IMG/VR virus record: IMGVR_UViG_3300037605_000006
Span: 1-26,039 of that record
From: a virus
Lineage: Duplodnaviria; Caudoviricetes
Reading direction: 5' to 3' (one strand)
Length of the DNA: 26,039 nucleotides
Position 1 is the stretch's first letter. Every line of letters begins with the position of its first letter. Shown in pieces: positions 8,761 to 17,678 of the stretch. A model generated the notes under the pieces. That model did not search any database. It saw only the letters and a program-made list of their open reading frames with translations, and had not been told where the DNA came from. The position numbers were made by a program, and so were the translations under genes.

Positions 8761-8795
8761 CTTTTGTCCAACAACAAACTCACAAATCAAAACGG
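8761..8795 (+). promoter_or_regulatory. Putative late promoter/Ogr-type site upstream of FI
   Basis: TTTGT-N14-ACAAA dyad (TGT 8765-8767, ACA 8782-8784) followed by AACGG, resembling the element upstream of V; P2 has pF at this position. Confidence 0.4.
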
Positions 8796-8861
8796 TAGCT
8801 CTAATATATAGCGCGTTCATCATGGCACCTATACCCCGGTAAAACCACACCAGGAGGCGTC

Positions 8862-10376
8862 ATGCCCGACCAATACCACCACGGCGTCCGGGTGCTTGAG
8901 ATTAACGAAGGCACCCGTACCATTCGCACTGTTTCCACCGCCGTTATCGGCCTGGTAGCGACAGCCCCCGAAGCCTTGCCTGGCGTGGCGGCTGAAGCCG
9001 TTGTCCCGGCCATTGCCAACAATGCTGATGTACTGATCACTGCGGTCGCCGTAGGTACCGCCGGCAACCAGATCCGCGTCCGCTACGTTGATCCAGCGGC
9101 GAATTCCGAAGCGTTGGCAGTGAGTGTCAGCGGTAACGATATCACCGTCACCCTGGCCACCGACGCCTCCGGAGAAATCACCAGCACCGCCAACCAGGTG
9201 GTTACCGCGATCAATGGCAGCGCCGAGGCCTCCGCCCTGATCTCCGCCGCCAACGATGCCGGCAACGACGGCTCCGGCCTGGTCAACGCCGTGGACTTCA
9301 CCACCCTGGCCGGTGGCGAGAATGAGCCCTTCCCGCTGGACACCCCGGTGCTGGTCACCCGCATTGACGAGGCGATCGGAAACGCCGGTAGAACCGGCAC
9401 CCTGCCCAAGGCCCTGGACGCGATCGGCGACCAAACCTCACCGGTCATGGTGGTGGTTCGGGTGGCAGAAGGTGCAGACGAAGCCGCCACAGAAGCCAAT
9501 CTGATCGGCACCACCAACGCCCAGGGCAAGAAAACCGGCATGAAGGCACTGCTGGCCGCCGAGCAGAACCTGGGCGTAAAACCCCGCATACTGGGTGTTC
9601 CTGGTCTCGACACCGAGAACGTCACTGCTGAGCTGATCACCATTGCCCAGCAGCTGCGGGCATTCGCATACGCCTACGCACACAACTGCCAGACCATCTC
9701 CGAGGCCATCCTCTACCGTAACGGCTTTGGCGCCCGGGAACTGATGCTGATCTGGCCGGATTTCATCGCGTTCAACGTCAACACCGCAACCGAAGAACAA
9801 GCCGCCGTTGTGGCCCGGGCCATGGGCCTGCGCGCGAAGATCGACCAGCAGGTGGGCTGGCACAAGACACTGTCCAATGTGGCAGTGAACGGCGTCACCG
9901 GCATCGACAAGGACGTGCATTGGGATCTGCAGGACCCGAACACCGATGCCGGCCTGCTCAACGCCAACGAAGTCACCACCCTGATCCAGCGTGACGGCTT
10001 CCGCTTCTGGGGTTCCCGGACCTGCAGCTCGGATCCGCTGTTCGCCTTCGAGAACTACACCCGCACGGCCCAGATCCTCGCCGACACCATCGCTGAGGCA
10101 CACATGTGGGCCGTGGACAAACCGATGCATCCATCACTGGCCAAGGACATCCTAGAAGGGATCAATGCCAAGTTCCGCGAGCTGAAGCTCCTGGGCTTGA
10201 TCGTGGATGCACGCGCCTGGCTGGATCCGGAGATCAACACCAAAGACACCCTGAAGGCCGGCAAGCTGTACATCGATTACGACTACACCCCGGTACCACC
10301 GCTGGAGAACCTGCTGTTCCGTCAGCGGATCACCGACCGGTACCTGGCCGACTTCGCCGCCCGCGTGAACGCATAA
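8862..10376 (+). CDS. FI: Contractile tail sheath protein (P2 gpFI) with an inserted domain
   Basis: [59 protein letters not shown]; AGGAGG RBS. Confidence 0.97.
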   Translation: MPDQYHHGVRVLEINEGTRTIRTVSTAVIGLVATAPEALPGVAAEAVVPAIANNADVLITAVAVGTAGNQIRVRYVDPAANSEALAVSVSGNDITVTLATDASGEITSTANQVVTAINGSAEASALISAANDAGNDGSGLVNAVDFTTLAGGENEPFPLDTPVLVTRIDEAIGNAGRTGTLPKALDAIGDQTSPVMVVVRVAEGADEAATEANLIGTTNAQGKKTGMKALLAAEQNLGVKPRILGVPGLDTENVTAELITIAQQLRAFAYAYAHNCQTISEAILYRNGFGARELMLIWPDFIAFNVNTATEEQAAVVARAMGLRAKIDQQVGWHKTLSNVAVNGVTGIDKDVHWDLQDPNTDAGLLNANEVTTLIQRDGFRFWGSRTCSSDPLFAFENYTRTAQILADTIAEAHMWAVDKPMHPSLAKDILEGINAKFRELKLLGLIVDARAWLDPEINTKDTLKAGKLYIDYDYTPVPPLENLLFRQRITDRYLADFAARVNA

Positions 10377-10387
10377 GGAGCTGAACA

Positions 10388-10897
10388 ATGGCACTTCCCA
10401 AGAAGCTGAAGCACTTCAACCTGTTCGGCAACGGCGATAACTGGCAGGGCCAGATCGCCTCCCTTACCCTGCCGCCCATGGTCCGCCAGATGGAAGAGTT
10501 CCGTGGCGGCGGCATGAACGCCCCGGTAGACATCGACCAGGGCATGGAAAAGATGGAGTTCCAGTGGACGCCGGCCGGCCTCATTCCCGGCCTGTTCGAC
10601 AACTTCGGTACCAGCCAGCTGGACGCCGACCTACTGCGCTTCTCCGGCAGCTACCAGCGCGACGACACCGGAGAGACCCTCCCGGTGGAAATCGTGGTCC
10701 GTGGCCGTCACCGTGAAATTGCCATGGGCGATGCCGAGCCTGGCAGCGACAACACCCTGTCCGTCACCACCACGCTCAGTTACTACAAGCTCACCATCGG
10801 CGGTGAGGAAGTGGTCGAGATCGACGTGCCCGGCATGGTTGAGCGCATTCGTGGCCAGGATCGCCTGGCCGAACACCGCCGCAACATTGGCCTGTAA
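10388..10897 (+). CDS. FII: Tail tube protein (P2 gpFII)
   Basis: MALPKKLK.FNLF, EFRGGGM, LRFSGSYQRDDTGE, YYKLTI...EID. Confidence 0.97.
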   Translation: MALPKKLKHFNLFGNGDNWQGQIASLTLPPMVRQMEEFRGGGMNAPVDIDQGMEKMEFQWTPAGLIPGLFDNFGTSQLDADLLRFSGSYQRDDTGETLPVEIVVRGRHREIAMGDAEPGSDNTLSVTTTLSYYKLTIGGEEVVEIDVPGMVERIRGQDRLAEHRRNIGL

Positions 10898-10910
10898 GGA
10901 ACCCTGATTC

Positions 10911-11195
10911 ATGAGTAAGCCTGTAACTGCAACCGTCGAGCTGGATACCCCGATCAAGCGCAACCAGGAGGAGGTGTCCAAGCTCACCCTCCGCAAGCCG
11001 GCCTCTGGCGAACTGCGGGGCCTGTCCCTGGCAGATCTGATCAACATGGACGTAGACAGCATCACCAAGGTGCTGCCGCGTATCAGCAACCCGTCGCTGA
11101 CTGAACAAGAAGTTCGTGAAATGGACCCTGCCGATCTGGCCGCCTGCGGTACCGAGATCGCAGGTTTTTTGCTGCCGAAGCGGTTGAAGGGGTAA
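10911..11195 (+). CDS. E: Tail assembly chaperone gpE
   Basis: LDTPIKR, LRKP.SGELRGLSL, VLPRIS.P.LT, MDPADL, GFL. Confidence 0.93.
   Translation: MSKPVTATVELDTPIKRNQEEVSKLTLRKPASGELRGLSLADLINMDVDSITKVLPRISNPSLTEQEVREMDPADLAACGTEIAGFLLPKRLKG
11163..11171 (+). promoter_or_regulatory. Programmed -1 ribosomal frameshift slippery site GGTTTTTTG (E to E+E')
   Basis: GGT TTT TTG in the E frame; the -1 frame is open and reads into the gpE' motif. Confidence 0.85.
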
Positions 11196-11335
11196 TCCCG
11201 CACCGCGTAGATGAAGCCATGGCTGACATCGCCGCCATCTTCCATTGGCGGCCGTCAGACATGAACGACATGCCCCTTTCTGAACTCATGGAGTGGCGGG
11301 AACACGCCCGCAGGCGAAGCTCGACGGAGGAGTAA
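11168..11335 (+). CDS. E': gpE' extension (C-terminal part of the frameshifted E+E' product)
   Basis: Absent from the ORF track. The -1 frame gives FAAEAVEGVIPHRVDEAMADIAAIFHWRPSDMNDMPLSELMEWREHARRRSSTEE*, whose TAA overlaps the ATG of T. Confidence 0.85.
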   Translation, partial: FAAEAVEGVIPHRVDEAMADIAAIFHWRPSDMNDMPLSELMEWREHARRRSSTEE

Positions 11336-13440
11336 TGGCCAAGAACCTCGACCTGCAGGTGGTACTCGCCGCCAGAGACAAGCTCACCAAACCCCTCAAG
11401 AAGATCGACGCAACCACCACCGGTACCGCCCGAGCGCTGAAACAGGCCCAGGCGGAAACGAAGCAGTTGCAGAACTCACAGCGTGACATCTCATCCTTCC
11501 GCAGGATGGACGATGCTCTGGGCAAGAATGCCAAGGCCCTGGCTGAATCACAGGAGCGCGTTCGCCGCCTGGGCCACGAGCTCCGAACAACCAGCAAGCC
11601 GACCGCCAAACTTCGGAATGAGTACAACAAGGCCCGGCAGGAGGTGGAGAAATTCACCCGCAAGGGACAGGACCAGCGGAAGGAGCTGGGCAAAGTCCGC
11701 AAGCGGCTGAGCGATGCCGGCGTGGACGTGCGCAACCTATCCGGCGAGCAACGGCGCCTGGCCGATCAGATGCAGGCTACCAACAACCGAATCCAGCGCC
11801 AGAGGAAGTACCTGGATCAGTTGGGCAAGGCCGACATATCCGGAAAGTTCAGCAACATGACCGGTGAAGTAGGCCGGTTCGGCCGCCGTACAGCTCTGGC
11901 AACTTCAGTTGCTGCTGCTAGCATCTTCGGTATTGCCAACTCCACCGCCACCCTGGGCGACCAGGTAGCCAAGACGGGCGACAAAATCGGTATCGCCCTT
12001 GGCCCCTTCCAGGAACTACGCTACGCCGCTGAGCGCTCCGGCGTGTCTACCGAGAAATTCGATTCCAGTCTGGAACGGTTCATCAAGCGAATGGGCGAAG
12101 CCACCCAAGGCACCGGCGCTGCCCGCAACGCCTACGAAGAGTTGGGGTTGTCCGCTGAAGACCTGGCCAAGCTAACCCCAGAACAAAGCCTGGAGGTGGT
12201 GGCCGATCGGCTCTCCTCCGTGGAGAACCAGTCCCAACGAGTGGCCATCGCCGCTCAGCTGTTCGGGCGCGAAGGCGTCGCCATGGTCAACATGCTGAAG
12301 GATGGCAGTTCAGGCCTTCAGGCCCTGAGACGCGATGCCAGAGCCACGGGCTATGTGCTCAGCGAACAGGCCGCCCGGGACGCGGAAGCCTTCAAGGATG
12401 CAATGCTGGACGCACAGCTGGGCATGGCTGGCATGAAGAACACCATCGGCGCCGAACTGATGCCCGCGATCACCGATATGATGGGCGATCTGTCTTCCTG
12501 GATGCGAGAGAACCGGGACCAGGTAAGCGCTTTCGCCTCCAACTTCGGTACCAAGCTCAAGAACGCCATCCCGGTGCTGCGTGACATCGCCGTAGGAGCC
12601 GCGTCCACCGCCAAAACCCTGGGCATGATCACCAGCAACCTGGCCGCCATGGTGGGCGGATTCGATAACCTAGGCATGATCCTCGCCGTGGTTCTCGCCA
12701 TGAAACCGATCATTGCCATCCTGGCCTTTGGCAAGGCCATATTTGTGGCCACCAGTGCAGTCGTCGGCCTGGCCGGCGGTTTACCGGCCGTTGCGGCTGG
12801 CATCAAAGCGATAGGAGTAGCGCTTACCGCCAACCCCATCGGTCTGATCATCGCCGCTATTGCCGGCGCCGGTTACCTGATTTACAAGAACTGGGGCGCC
12901 ATCATGGACTTCTTCAAGAGCCTGCCAGCCAAGTTCTCCGGCTTTGGATCCATGATCATGGACGGTCTGGTGGGTGGCTTGTTGGGCGGACTGAAAAAGG
13001 TGAAAGACACCATCGTGAACGCAGGCCAGAAAACCATCGGCTGGTTCAAGGGCGTTCTGGGGATCAAGTCACCGTCCCGGGTATTCATGAGCGCCGGCCA
13101 GGACACCCTCGAGGGATACCGGAAAGGTATCCAGAAACAGGAACCGGCGGCACTTAAGCAGGTCAGCGGGTTCGGCAAGCGTGTGCGCAGTGTAGGGGCC
13201 GGCATTGCCATTGGCGCGTCCGCCCTGCCCGCTGCGGCCGGCGTCCAGTTCGACAACCGCCCACCGATCGCCACCGGCACGCCTTCTGCAGCCACTGCTG
13301 GCGATAGCGTAACGATCAATGTCTATGCAGCACCAGGGCAAAGCGAACGAGAGATAGCGGCCCAGGTTGATCGGATCCTGCAGGAGCGCGAACGCCGTAT
13401 AGCCACCCGTGCCCGCAGTGCACTTTATGACAGGGAGTAA
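11335..13440 (+). CDS. T: Tail tape measure protein (gpT)
   Basis: Start re-called to ATG 11335 (MAKNLDLQVVLAARDKLT); long helical Ala/Gly-rich protein with ANPIGL and LGIKSPSRVF motifs. Confidence 0.93.
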   Translation: MAKNLDLQVVLAARDKLTKPLKKIDATTTGTARALKQAQAETKQLQNSQRDISSFRRMDDALGKNAKALAESQERVRRLGHELRTTSKPTAKLRNEYNKARQEVEKFTRKGQDQRKELGKVRKRLSDAGVDVRNLSGEQRRLADQMQATNNRIQRQRKYLDQLGKADISGKFSNMTGEVGRFGRRTALATSVAAASIFGIANSTATLGDQVAKTGDKIGIALGPFQELRYAAERSGVSTEKFDSSLERFIKRMGEATQGTGAARNAYEELGLSAEDLAKLTPEQSLEVVADRLSSVENQSQRVAIAAQLFGREGVAMVNMLKDGSSGLQALRRDARATGYVLSEQAARDAEAFKDAMLDAQLGMAGMKNTIGAELMPAITDMMGDLSSWMRENRDQVSAFASNFGTKLKNAIPVLRDIAVGAASTAKTLGMITSNLAAMVGGFDNLGMILAVVLAMKPIIAILAFGKAIFVATSAVVGLAGGLPAVAAGIKAIGVALTANPIGLIIAAIAGAGYLIYKNWGAIMDFFKSLPAKFSGFGSMIMDGLVGGLLGGLKKVKDTIVNAGQKTIGWFKGVLGIKSPSRVFMSAGQDTLEGYRKGIQKQEPAALKQVSGFGKRVRSVGAGIAIGASALPAAAGVQFDNRPPIATGTPSAATAGDSVTINVYAAPGQSEREIAAQVDRILQERERRIATRARSALYDRE

Positions 13441-13446
13441 TCCGCC

Positions 13447-13923
13447 ATGATGATGACCCTCGGAATGTTTGTCTTCGAAGTCCAGTCCCTGCCATATCAG
13501 CAGCTGCAGCGCAGCACCCAGTGGCGGCACCCCAGCCAAAGCCGCGTTGGTCAGCGCCCCGCTTACCAATACCTGGGGCCGGGTGAAGACACTATCACCC
13601 TGAGTGGCACCCTTTACCCGGAGCTCACCGGCGGCCGCGTAACCCTGGATGACGTGCGCATCATGGCCGACGAAGGCAAGGCCTGGCCCCTGATTGAAGG
13701 CTCTGGCCGGGTGTTCGGATTCTGGTGTGTCACTGGCGTTGAAGAAACCAGCACCGTGTTCTTCTCCGATGGGGTACCCCGCAAGATCGACTTCACCATC
13801 AACCTGGTGCGGGTAGACGAGGACGACTTCCAGGCCTTCCGCGACCGTGCCGCCACCAGCCGGGATGCCGCGATCGGGCTCGGGCTTTACCAGCCCAGGC
13901 GCAATAGTGGAGGCATCGCCTGA
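13447..13923 (+). CDS. U: Tail protein gpU
   Basis: MMTLGMFVF...LPYQ, QYLGPGEDTITLSGTLYPELTGG, AWPLIEGSG. Confidence 0.95.
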   Translation: MMMTLGMFVFEVQSLPYQQLQRSTQWRHPSQSRVGQRPAYQYLGPGEDTITLSGTLYPELTGGRVTLDDVRIMADEGKAWPLIEGSGRVFGFWCVTGVEETSTVFFSDGVPRKIDFTINLVRVDEDDFQAFRDRAATSRDAAIGLGLYQPRRNSGGIA

Positions 13924-14909
13924 TGCAGCACCGAGCCCCTGATTATCGATTGGTGGTAAACGGCCGCAACATCACTCCAACGGTGAGCGGCAGGCTGATA
14001 GACCTTACCCTGGATGAAACACCAGGGGATGAGGCTGACACACTGTCCCTCACCCTCAGCGACCACGACAACGCCCTGGAGATCCCGCCCAAGGGCGCTG
14101 AGATCCAACTGGCTATCGGGTGGAGAGGCCAGCCGCTATTCGAGAAGGGCCTGTTCATTGTGGACGAGGCTTCGTACAGCTGGGCGCCCAACGTACTGAA
14201 CATCACCGCCCGCAGCGCCGACATGCGCAACGGCCTGCCCACACGCCGAACCCGCAGCTGGGACCAGGTAACCCTCAGCGATTTGGTAACCACCATCGCC
14301 CGGGAAAACGAGCTGGAGCCCGTCATCGGCGGCAGCCTGGCTTCGATCAGCATCGAACACCTGGACCAGACCGACGAATCCGATCTGAATCTGCTCACTC
14401 GCCTGGGAGAACGCCACGACGCGATCGCCACCGTGAAAGCGGGCAGGCTGCTATTCACTCCTCGAGGAGAAGCGGCCACCGCCGGCGGTACCGCCCTGCC
14501 CTCCATAACCGTAAGGCCTCGCAGCGGCGACAGCGGTACCTACCGCGAAACCGATCGCGACGGCTACACTGGTGTCATCGCCTTCTGGGACGATGTCGAC
14601 GCCGGCCAGCAGGTTCAAGTGCAGGTGGGTACGGAAGAACGGGTGAAACGACTGCGAGGTACCTATGCTAATGAGAGCGAGGCCAAGGCCGCGGCACAGG
14701 CTGAGCTTCGACGACTGAACCGTGGTGAGGCAGAGCTAACCATTACTCTGGCCACAGGTAGGCCGGATGTTGGGCCGGAGTGGCAGCTGCGGGCAGAGGG
14801 ATTCAAGCGGCAGATCAACGGGCGGGAATGGGTGGTAACCAGGGCCAGTCACAGCTTGAGTGATTCTGGCCTGGTCACAAGCTTGGAGGCCGAAACTCTG
14901 CAGGCCTAA
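13923..14909 (+). CDS. D: Late control/baseplate hub protein gpD
   Basis: EADTL.LTL.D.D, KGLFIVDE, ITARSAD, DQTDESD..LLTRL, ATVKAGRLLF. Confidence 0.95.
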   Translation: MQHRAPDYRLVVNGRNITPTVSGRLIDLTLDETPGDEADTLSLTLSDHDNALEIPPKGAEIQLAIGWRGQPLFEKGLFIVDEASYSWAPNVLNITARSADMRNGLPTRRTRSWDQVTLSDLVTTIARENELEPVIGGSLASISIEHLDQTDESDLNLLTRLGERHDAIATVKAGRLLFTPRGEAATAGGTALPSITVRPRSGDSGTYRETDRDGYTGVIAFWDDVDAGQQVQVQVGTEERVKRLRGTYANESEAKAAAQAELRRLNRGEAELTITLATGRPDVGPEWQLRAEGFKRQINGREWVVTRASHSLSDSGLVTSLEAETLQA

Positions 14910-15454
14910 ATCCTTCCGGGCTCCAGCTCAAGGTTCAGCACTGACTGGGTCTCGGGATCATAATCGCACCGGTATACGTAGTTCTGGAATGCCCCGTAGC
15001 CATTCGAGAATTGCACCCGGTCACCGTAGTAGCTCAGAGTCCCGTCTTCTTCATCCAGCCAGCCACGGCGGCTCAATTTGGTGTCAGGGTAGGAGTCCGT
15101 CCACTTCACTTCATACTGCGCCTGTCTCTCGATCTCGCGTTCACATCGAACCGTAGCGGCGGACCAATGCTCCTCTCCCCAACACTGAATATCCTGTCGA
15201 CACTCCTCCATTTCAGCTTTTTCTGCTGCGGCTTGCTCCGCTTCTGTCATTTCAGGAGCCTGTGCAACGCTATCCTCTGGCTGATCATCACCGGAAAAGA
15301 ACGTGACCAGGGCAGCCGCGATGATGACAAGTGCCACACCGCCAACCAGGTAGTCCTTGGCCGTAACGCCGGGATTGTCGACACCACAATGCGGGCATTT
15401 CTTAGCCTTCCTGGAAACCTGCGCCTTGCACTCTTTGCAATTGGTCATGGCCAT
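14906..15454 (-). CDS. Zn-ribbon plus single-TM membrane protein with Cys-containing exported domain (accessory gene)
   Basis: Start re-called to 15454 (AAGGAG RBS); CKEC...CPHC, TM LVGGVALVIIAAALVTFF, then an acidic linker and a domain with four Cys. Confidence 0.75.
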   Translation of the reverse strand: MAMTNCKECKAQVSRKAKKCPHCGVDNPGVTAKDYLVGGVALVIIAAALVTFFSGDDQPEDSVAQAPEMTEAEQAAAEKAEMEECRQDIQCWGEEHWSAATVRCEREIERQAQYEVKWTDSYPDTKLSRRGWLDEEDGTLSYYGDRVQFSNGYGAFQNYVYRCDYDPETQSVLNLELEPGRI

Positions 15455-15485
15455 GGTTACTACTCCTTTCGATGCATACCCTGAT

Positions 15486-16427
15486 TTAACGAAAAGTTTC
15501 AGCTGTCTCACCCGTATCGGCAAAACAAACGAAATCCATCCGGTCAGACCGGAATGTCCGGAACGCTCTCCGCGATTGGCAGATGCCCTTCAGATAAGAC
15601 ACGCCGTTCTTTTTTGTCATGGCGCGGAATTCAACCTCTCGATCCGAGGTGTCACCGTTCGAGTCTGTGTATGCGAACGCCAGAATATCTCCCACTTCTG
15701 GTTTTCGCTGAGCGGTAACTGACGGCCTGGAAGCAACCTTCGAGCGCTTCGGTTTATGTGTCGATTTTGCTGCTGGCTTCTTCGGTAACGATTTTTTCTT
15801 TGATTCCGGCTTGGCTGGTCGCGCGATCGGCCGATCGCAGATCTCGCTCAGGATCGCTTTTATTTCCTCAGCTTCTTCATTATCCAGTACGCCATCATCC
15901 AGGCTGGCGATTAGCACCTGGTGCAGTTCCCGGCAGGCGGGATCAAAGTTTAGGATTTCCTGCTTATCCAGCAGATTTAACAGCAGCTCAGCCTCACGCT
16001 GGTCAACAACATCATCCGCCAAAATAAGTTCAGCGGTATCACGCAGAGAGAATGTCAGTCCCTCCCGGCCCTTCGGCTCAGATTCTTGTCCGGTACCGAT
16101 ACTTACAGGTTGCGTCTTTTGCTCTTGTTTCCGGGCCTTCGCTGTTCTGAGCTTCAACGGCGCGCTCCAGCTCTGCTTTGTTCGGTATTCAGCGAGGAGG
16201 AAAGCGACCAGTATCAACGAGCCGATTACTACATGGACAAAAGTGGCAGGTTCTTCCTTACCAGGAACAACCGGAAGAGCTGCAATGACACCTACCAGCG
16301 GGCCGAAAATGGCGCCAAGCCCGTGTCCAACCCAACGCTTACCGCCCTTCGAGACTGTATACCGACAAATGAGCCGCCAACTCATAATCATGTATGCCAG
16401 CAACATCAGAACAACTGCCAAGTCCAT
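15486..16427 (-). CDS. Membrane protein: three TM, TerB-like helical repeat, C-terminal WYL-like domain
   Basis: TMs at about aa 3-20, 33-54 and 62-79; ADDVVDQREAELL and LDDGVLDNEEAEEI; Lys/Pro linker; F.YTDSNGDTSDREV...YLKGICQSRRAFRTFRSDRM. Confidence 0.75.
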   Translation of the reverse strand: MDLAVVLMLLAYMIMSWRLICRYTVSKGGKRWVGHGLGAIFGPLVGVIAALPVVPGKEEPATFVHVVIGSLILVAFLLAEYRTKQSWSAPLKLRTAKARKQEQKTQPVSIGTGQESEPKGREGLTFSLRDTAELILADDVVDQREAELLLNLLDKQEILNFDPACRELHQVLIASLDDGVLDNEEAEEIKAILSEICDRPIARPAKPESKKKSLPKKPAAKSTHKPKRSKVASRPSVTAQRKPEVGDILAFAYTDSNGDTSDREVEFRAMTKKNGVSYLKGICQSRRAFRTFRSDRMDFVCFADTGETAETFR

Positions 16428-16454
16428 GCACCACTCCCTTTATCTCAGCTTCCC

Positions 16455-17132
16455 TCAAAACACCCGGCCCGCGCGCCAGTAGCACAGCCCGACGATCTCA
16501 ATATTCCCGAAGTTCTCCGGATGAATAGTTTCAGGTTGATACAGAGCGTTATCACTGGACACTCGCAGGCTGCCATCAGCCATGGTCTGCAAACGCTTTA
16601 TTCGGAGTGCATCCCCAATCCGAATAGCAAAAACACCATCTGGCTTCTTCCTGGAACAATCGATCAGAACCGTATCGCCATCAGAGAGTGTGCCGTCCAT
16701 CGAATCTCCAGAGACTCTAATAGAGGCCAAGTCTTTTGCATGGAGGCCCTCACGGGCGAGCCAGTCATTGCGAAATTTGATGTAGCTAATCACTCGCTCA
16801 TGACTGAAGAAGGAGCCATTGCCAGCGCTTGCTTCCACGTCGTAAAGCGGTACTTCGGTGTAATCAACATCTTGAGCAACTGGAAAACTGTCAACCTGAC
16901 CGTCTGAGTCTCGGCCAATAATCAGCCAATCGAGACTAATACCTTTATCCATAGCGAGCTGGACACACTGATCGTATGGAACCGTCCCTCGCTTGCGCCA
17001 GTTATGAACACTTGCCTGCTTAATATCGAAATATGCCGCGACATCCTTGTCCATCGTGACACCAAGAACACTTTTCATTCGGCTTAATATTCGTTCAGCC
17101 AAAAGACTTTTATCAGTCAGATAGTTTTCCAT
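16455..17132 (-). CDS. cI: CI-like repressor: HTH plus S24 peptidase
   Basis: HTH (DKDVAAYFDIKQASVHNWRKRG, ISLDWLIIG), Ala-Gly site (ASAGNG), catalytic GDSM and IKRL; divergent from the early operon. Confidence 0.92.
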   Translation of the reverse strand: MENYLTDKSLLAERILSRMKSVLGVTMDKDVAAYFDIKQASVHNWRKRGTVPYDQCVQLAMDKGISLDWLIIGRDSDGQVDSFPVAQDVDYTEVPLYDVEASAGNGSFFSHERVISYIKFRNDWLAREGLHAKDLASIRVSGDSMDGTLSDGDTVLIDCSRKKPDGVFAIRIGDALRIKRLQTMADGSLRVSSDNALYQPETIHPENFGNIEIVGLCYWRAGRVF

Positions 17133-17220
17133 AGTTAAATTTCATCCGTCATTTGGTTGATTGTTTATCCAAATGGCGTTTATCCTTCTGTGTAATTCAG
17201 CGTTACACAGAGGATACACC
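17133..17220. promoter_or_regulatory. Lysis/lysogeny switch region with two inverted repeats (candidate operators)
   Basis: AT-rich 88-bp gap between divergent genes; CGTCATTTGG-N12-CCAAATGGCG (17147-17178) and TCTGTGTAA-N7-TTACACAGA (17187-17211). Confidence 0.65.
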
Positions 17221-17424
17221 ATGCAAGGTGCAAAAAAACCCAGCCCCAGCCACCGCGCACCCGTCGGTGTTTTAACTGCGAAGCCGATCGCGCTTCGCCT
17301 TCTCACGGAAGAACGTTCCGCCCTGGAGCAGGCCGCCTTGGCGGAAGGCCGTTCCCTGGCATCCCAGGCCCGCATCTTCTTTCTGCAAGGCCTGAATGAC
17401 TACCAGCGCAAAACGTCTGCCTGA
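17221..17424 (+). CDS. Small ribbon-helix-helix-like DNA-binding protein in the Cro position
   Basis: Start re-called to ATG 17221 (GAGGA RBS); KPIALRL-TEERSALEQAALAEGRSLASQARIFF strand-helix-helix pattern. Confidence 0.65.
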   Translation: MQGAKKPSPSHRAPVGVLTAKPIALRLLTEERSALEQAALAEGRSLASQARIFFLQGLNDYQRKTSA

Positions 17425-17444
17425 AGCACTGAAGGAGTAGCCGC

Positions 17445-17666
17445 ATGTATCAGGACCCTAAACGCATCCGAAAACACCGTGTGAGCCTCAATCTGGACGA
17501 CTACGAGGCCGCCGTGATCAACGCACTGGTGGATTACACCGGTACCGACAGAGCCAGCCTGCTACGCCAGATGCTGATCGCTCAGGCTGAGGCGGCACTT
17601 CTGCCCACGTCTCCAAGCATGGCCGGTGGTGCGCCACTTTCCGAGGCCCACATTCGCACCATTTGA
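17445..17666 (+). CDS. Small RHH-like phage regulatory protein
   Basis: AAGGAG RBS; HRVSLNLDDYEAAVINALVDYTGTDRASLLRQML. Confidence 0.7.
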   Translation: MYQDPKRIRKHRVSLNLDDYEAAVINALVDYTGTDRASLLRQMLIAQAEAALLPTSPSMAGGAPLSEAHIRTI

Positions 17667-17678
17667 GGTCCTCAAACG

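Noticed and set aside
8829-10130. Antisense ORFs of 186-230 aa over the sheath gene
   Set aside because: Same shadow-ORF effect; they lie almost wholly over a confidently assigned gene.
15811-16907. Plus-strand ORFs of 223 and 273 aa opposite the WYL-like gene and cI
   Set aside because: Antisense to motif-bearing genes, with Ser/Arg-rich composition unlike real proteins.
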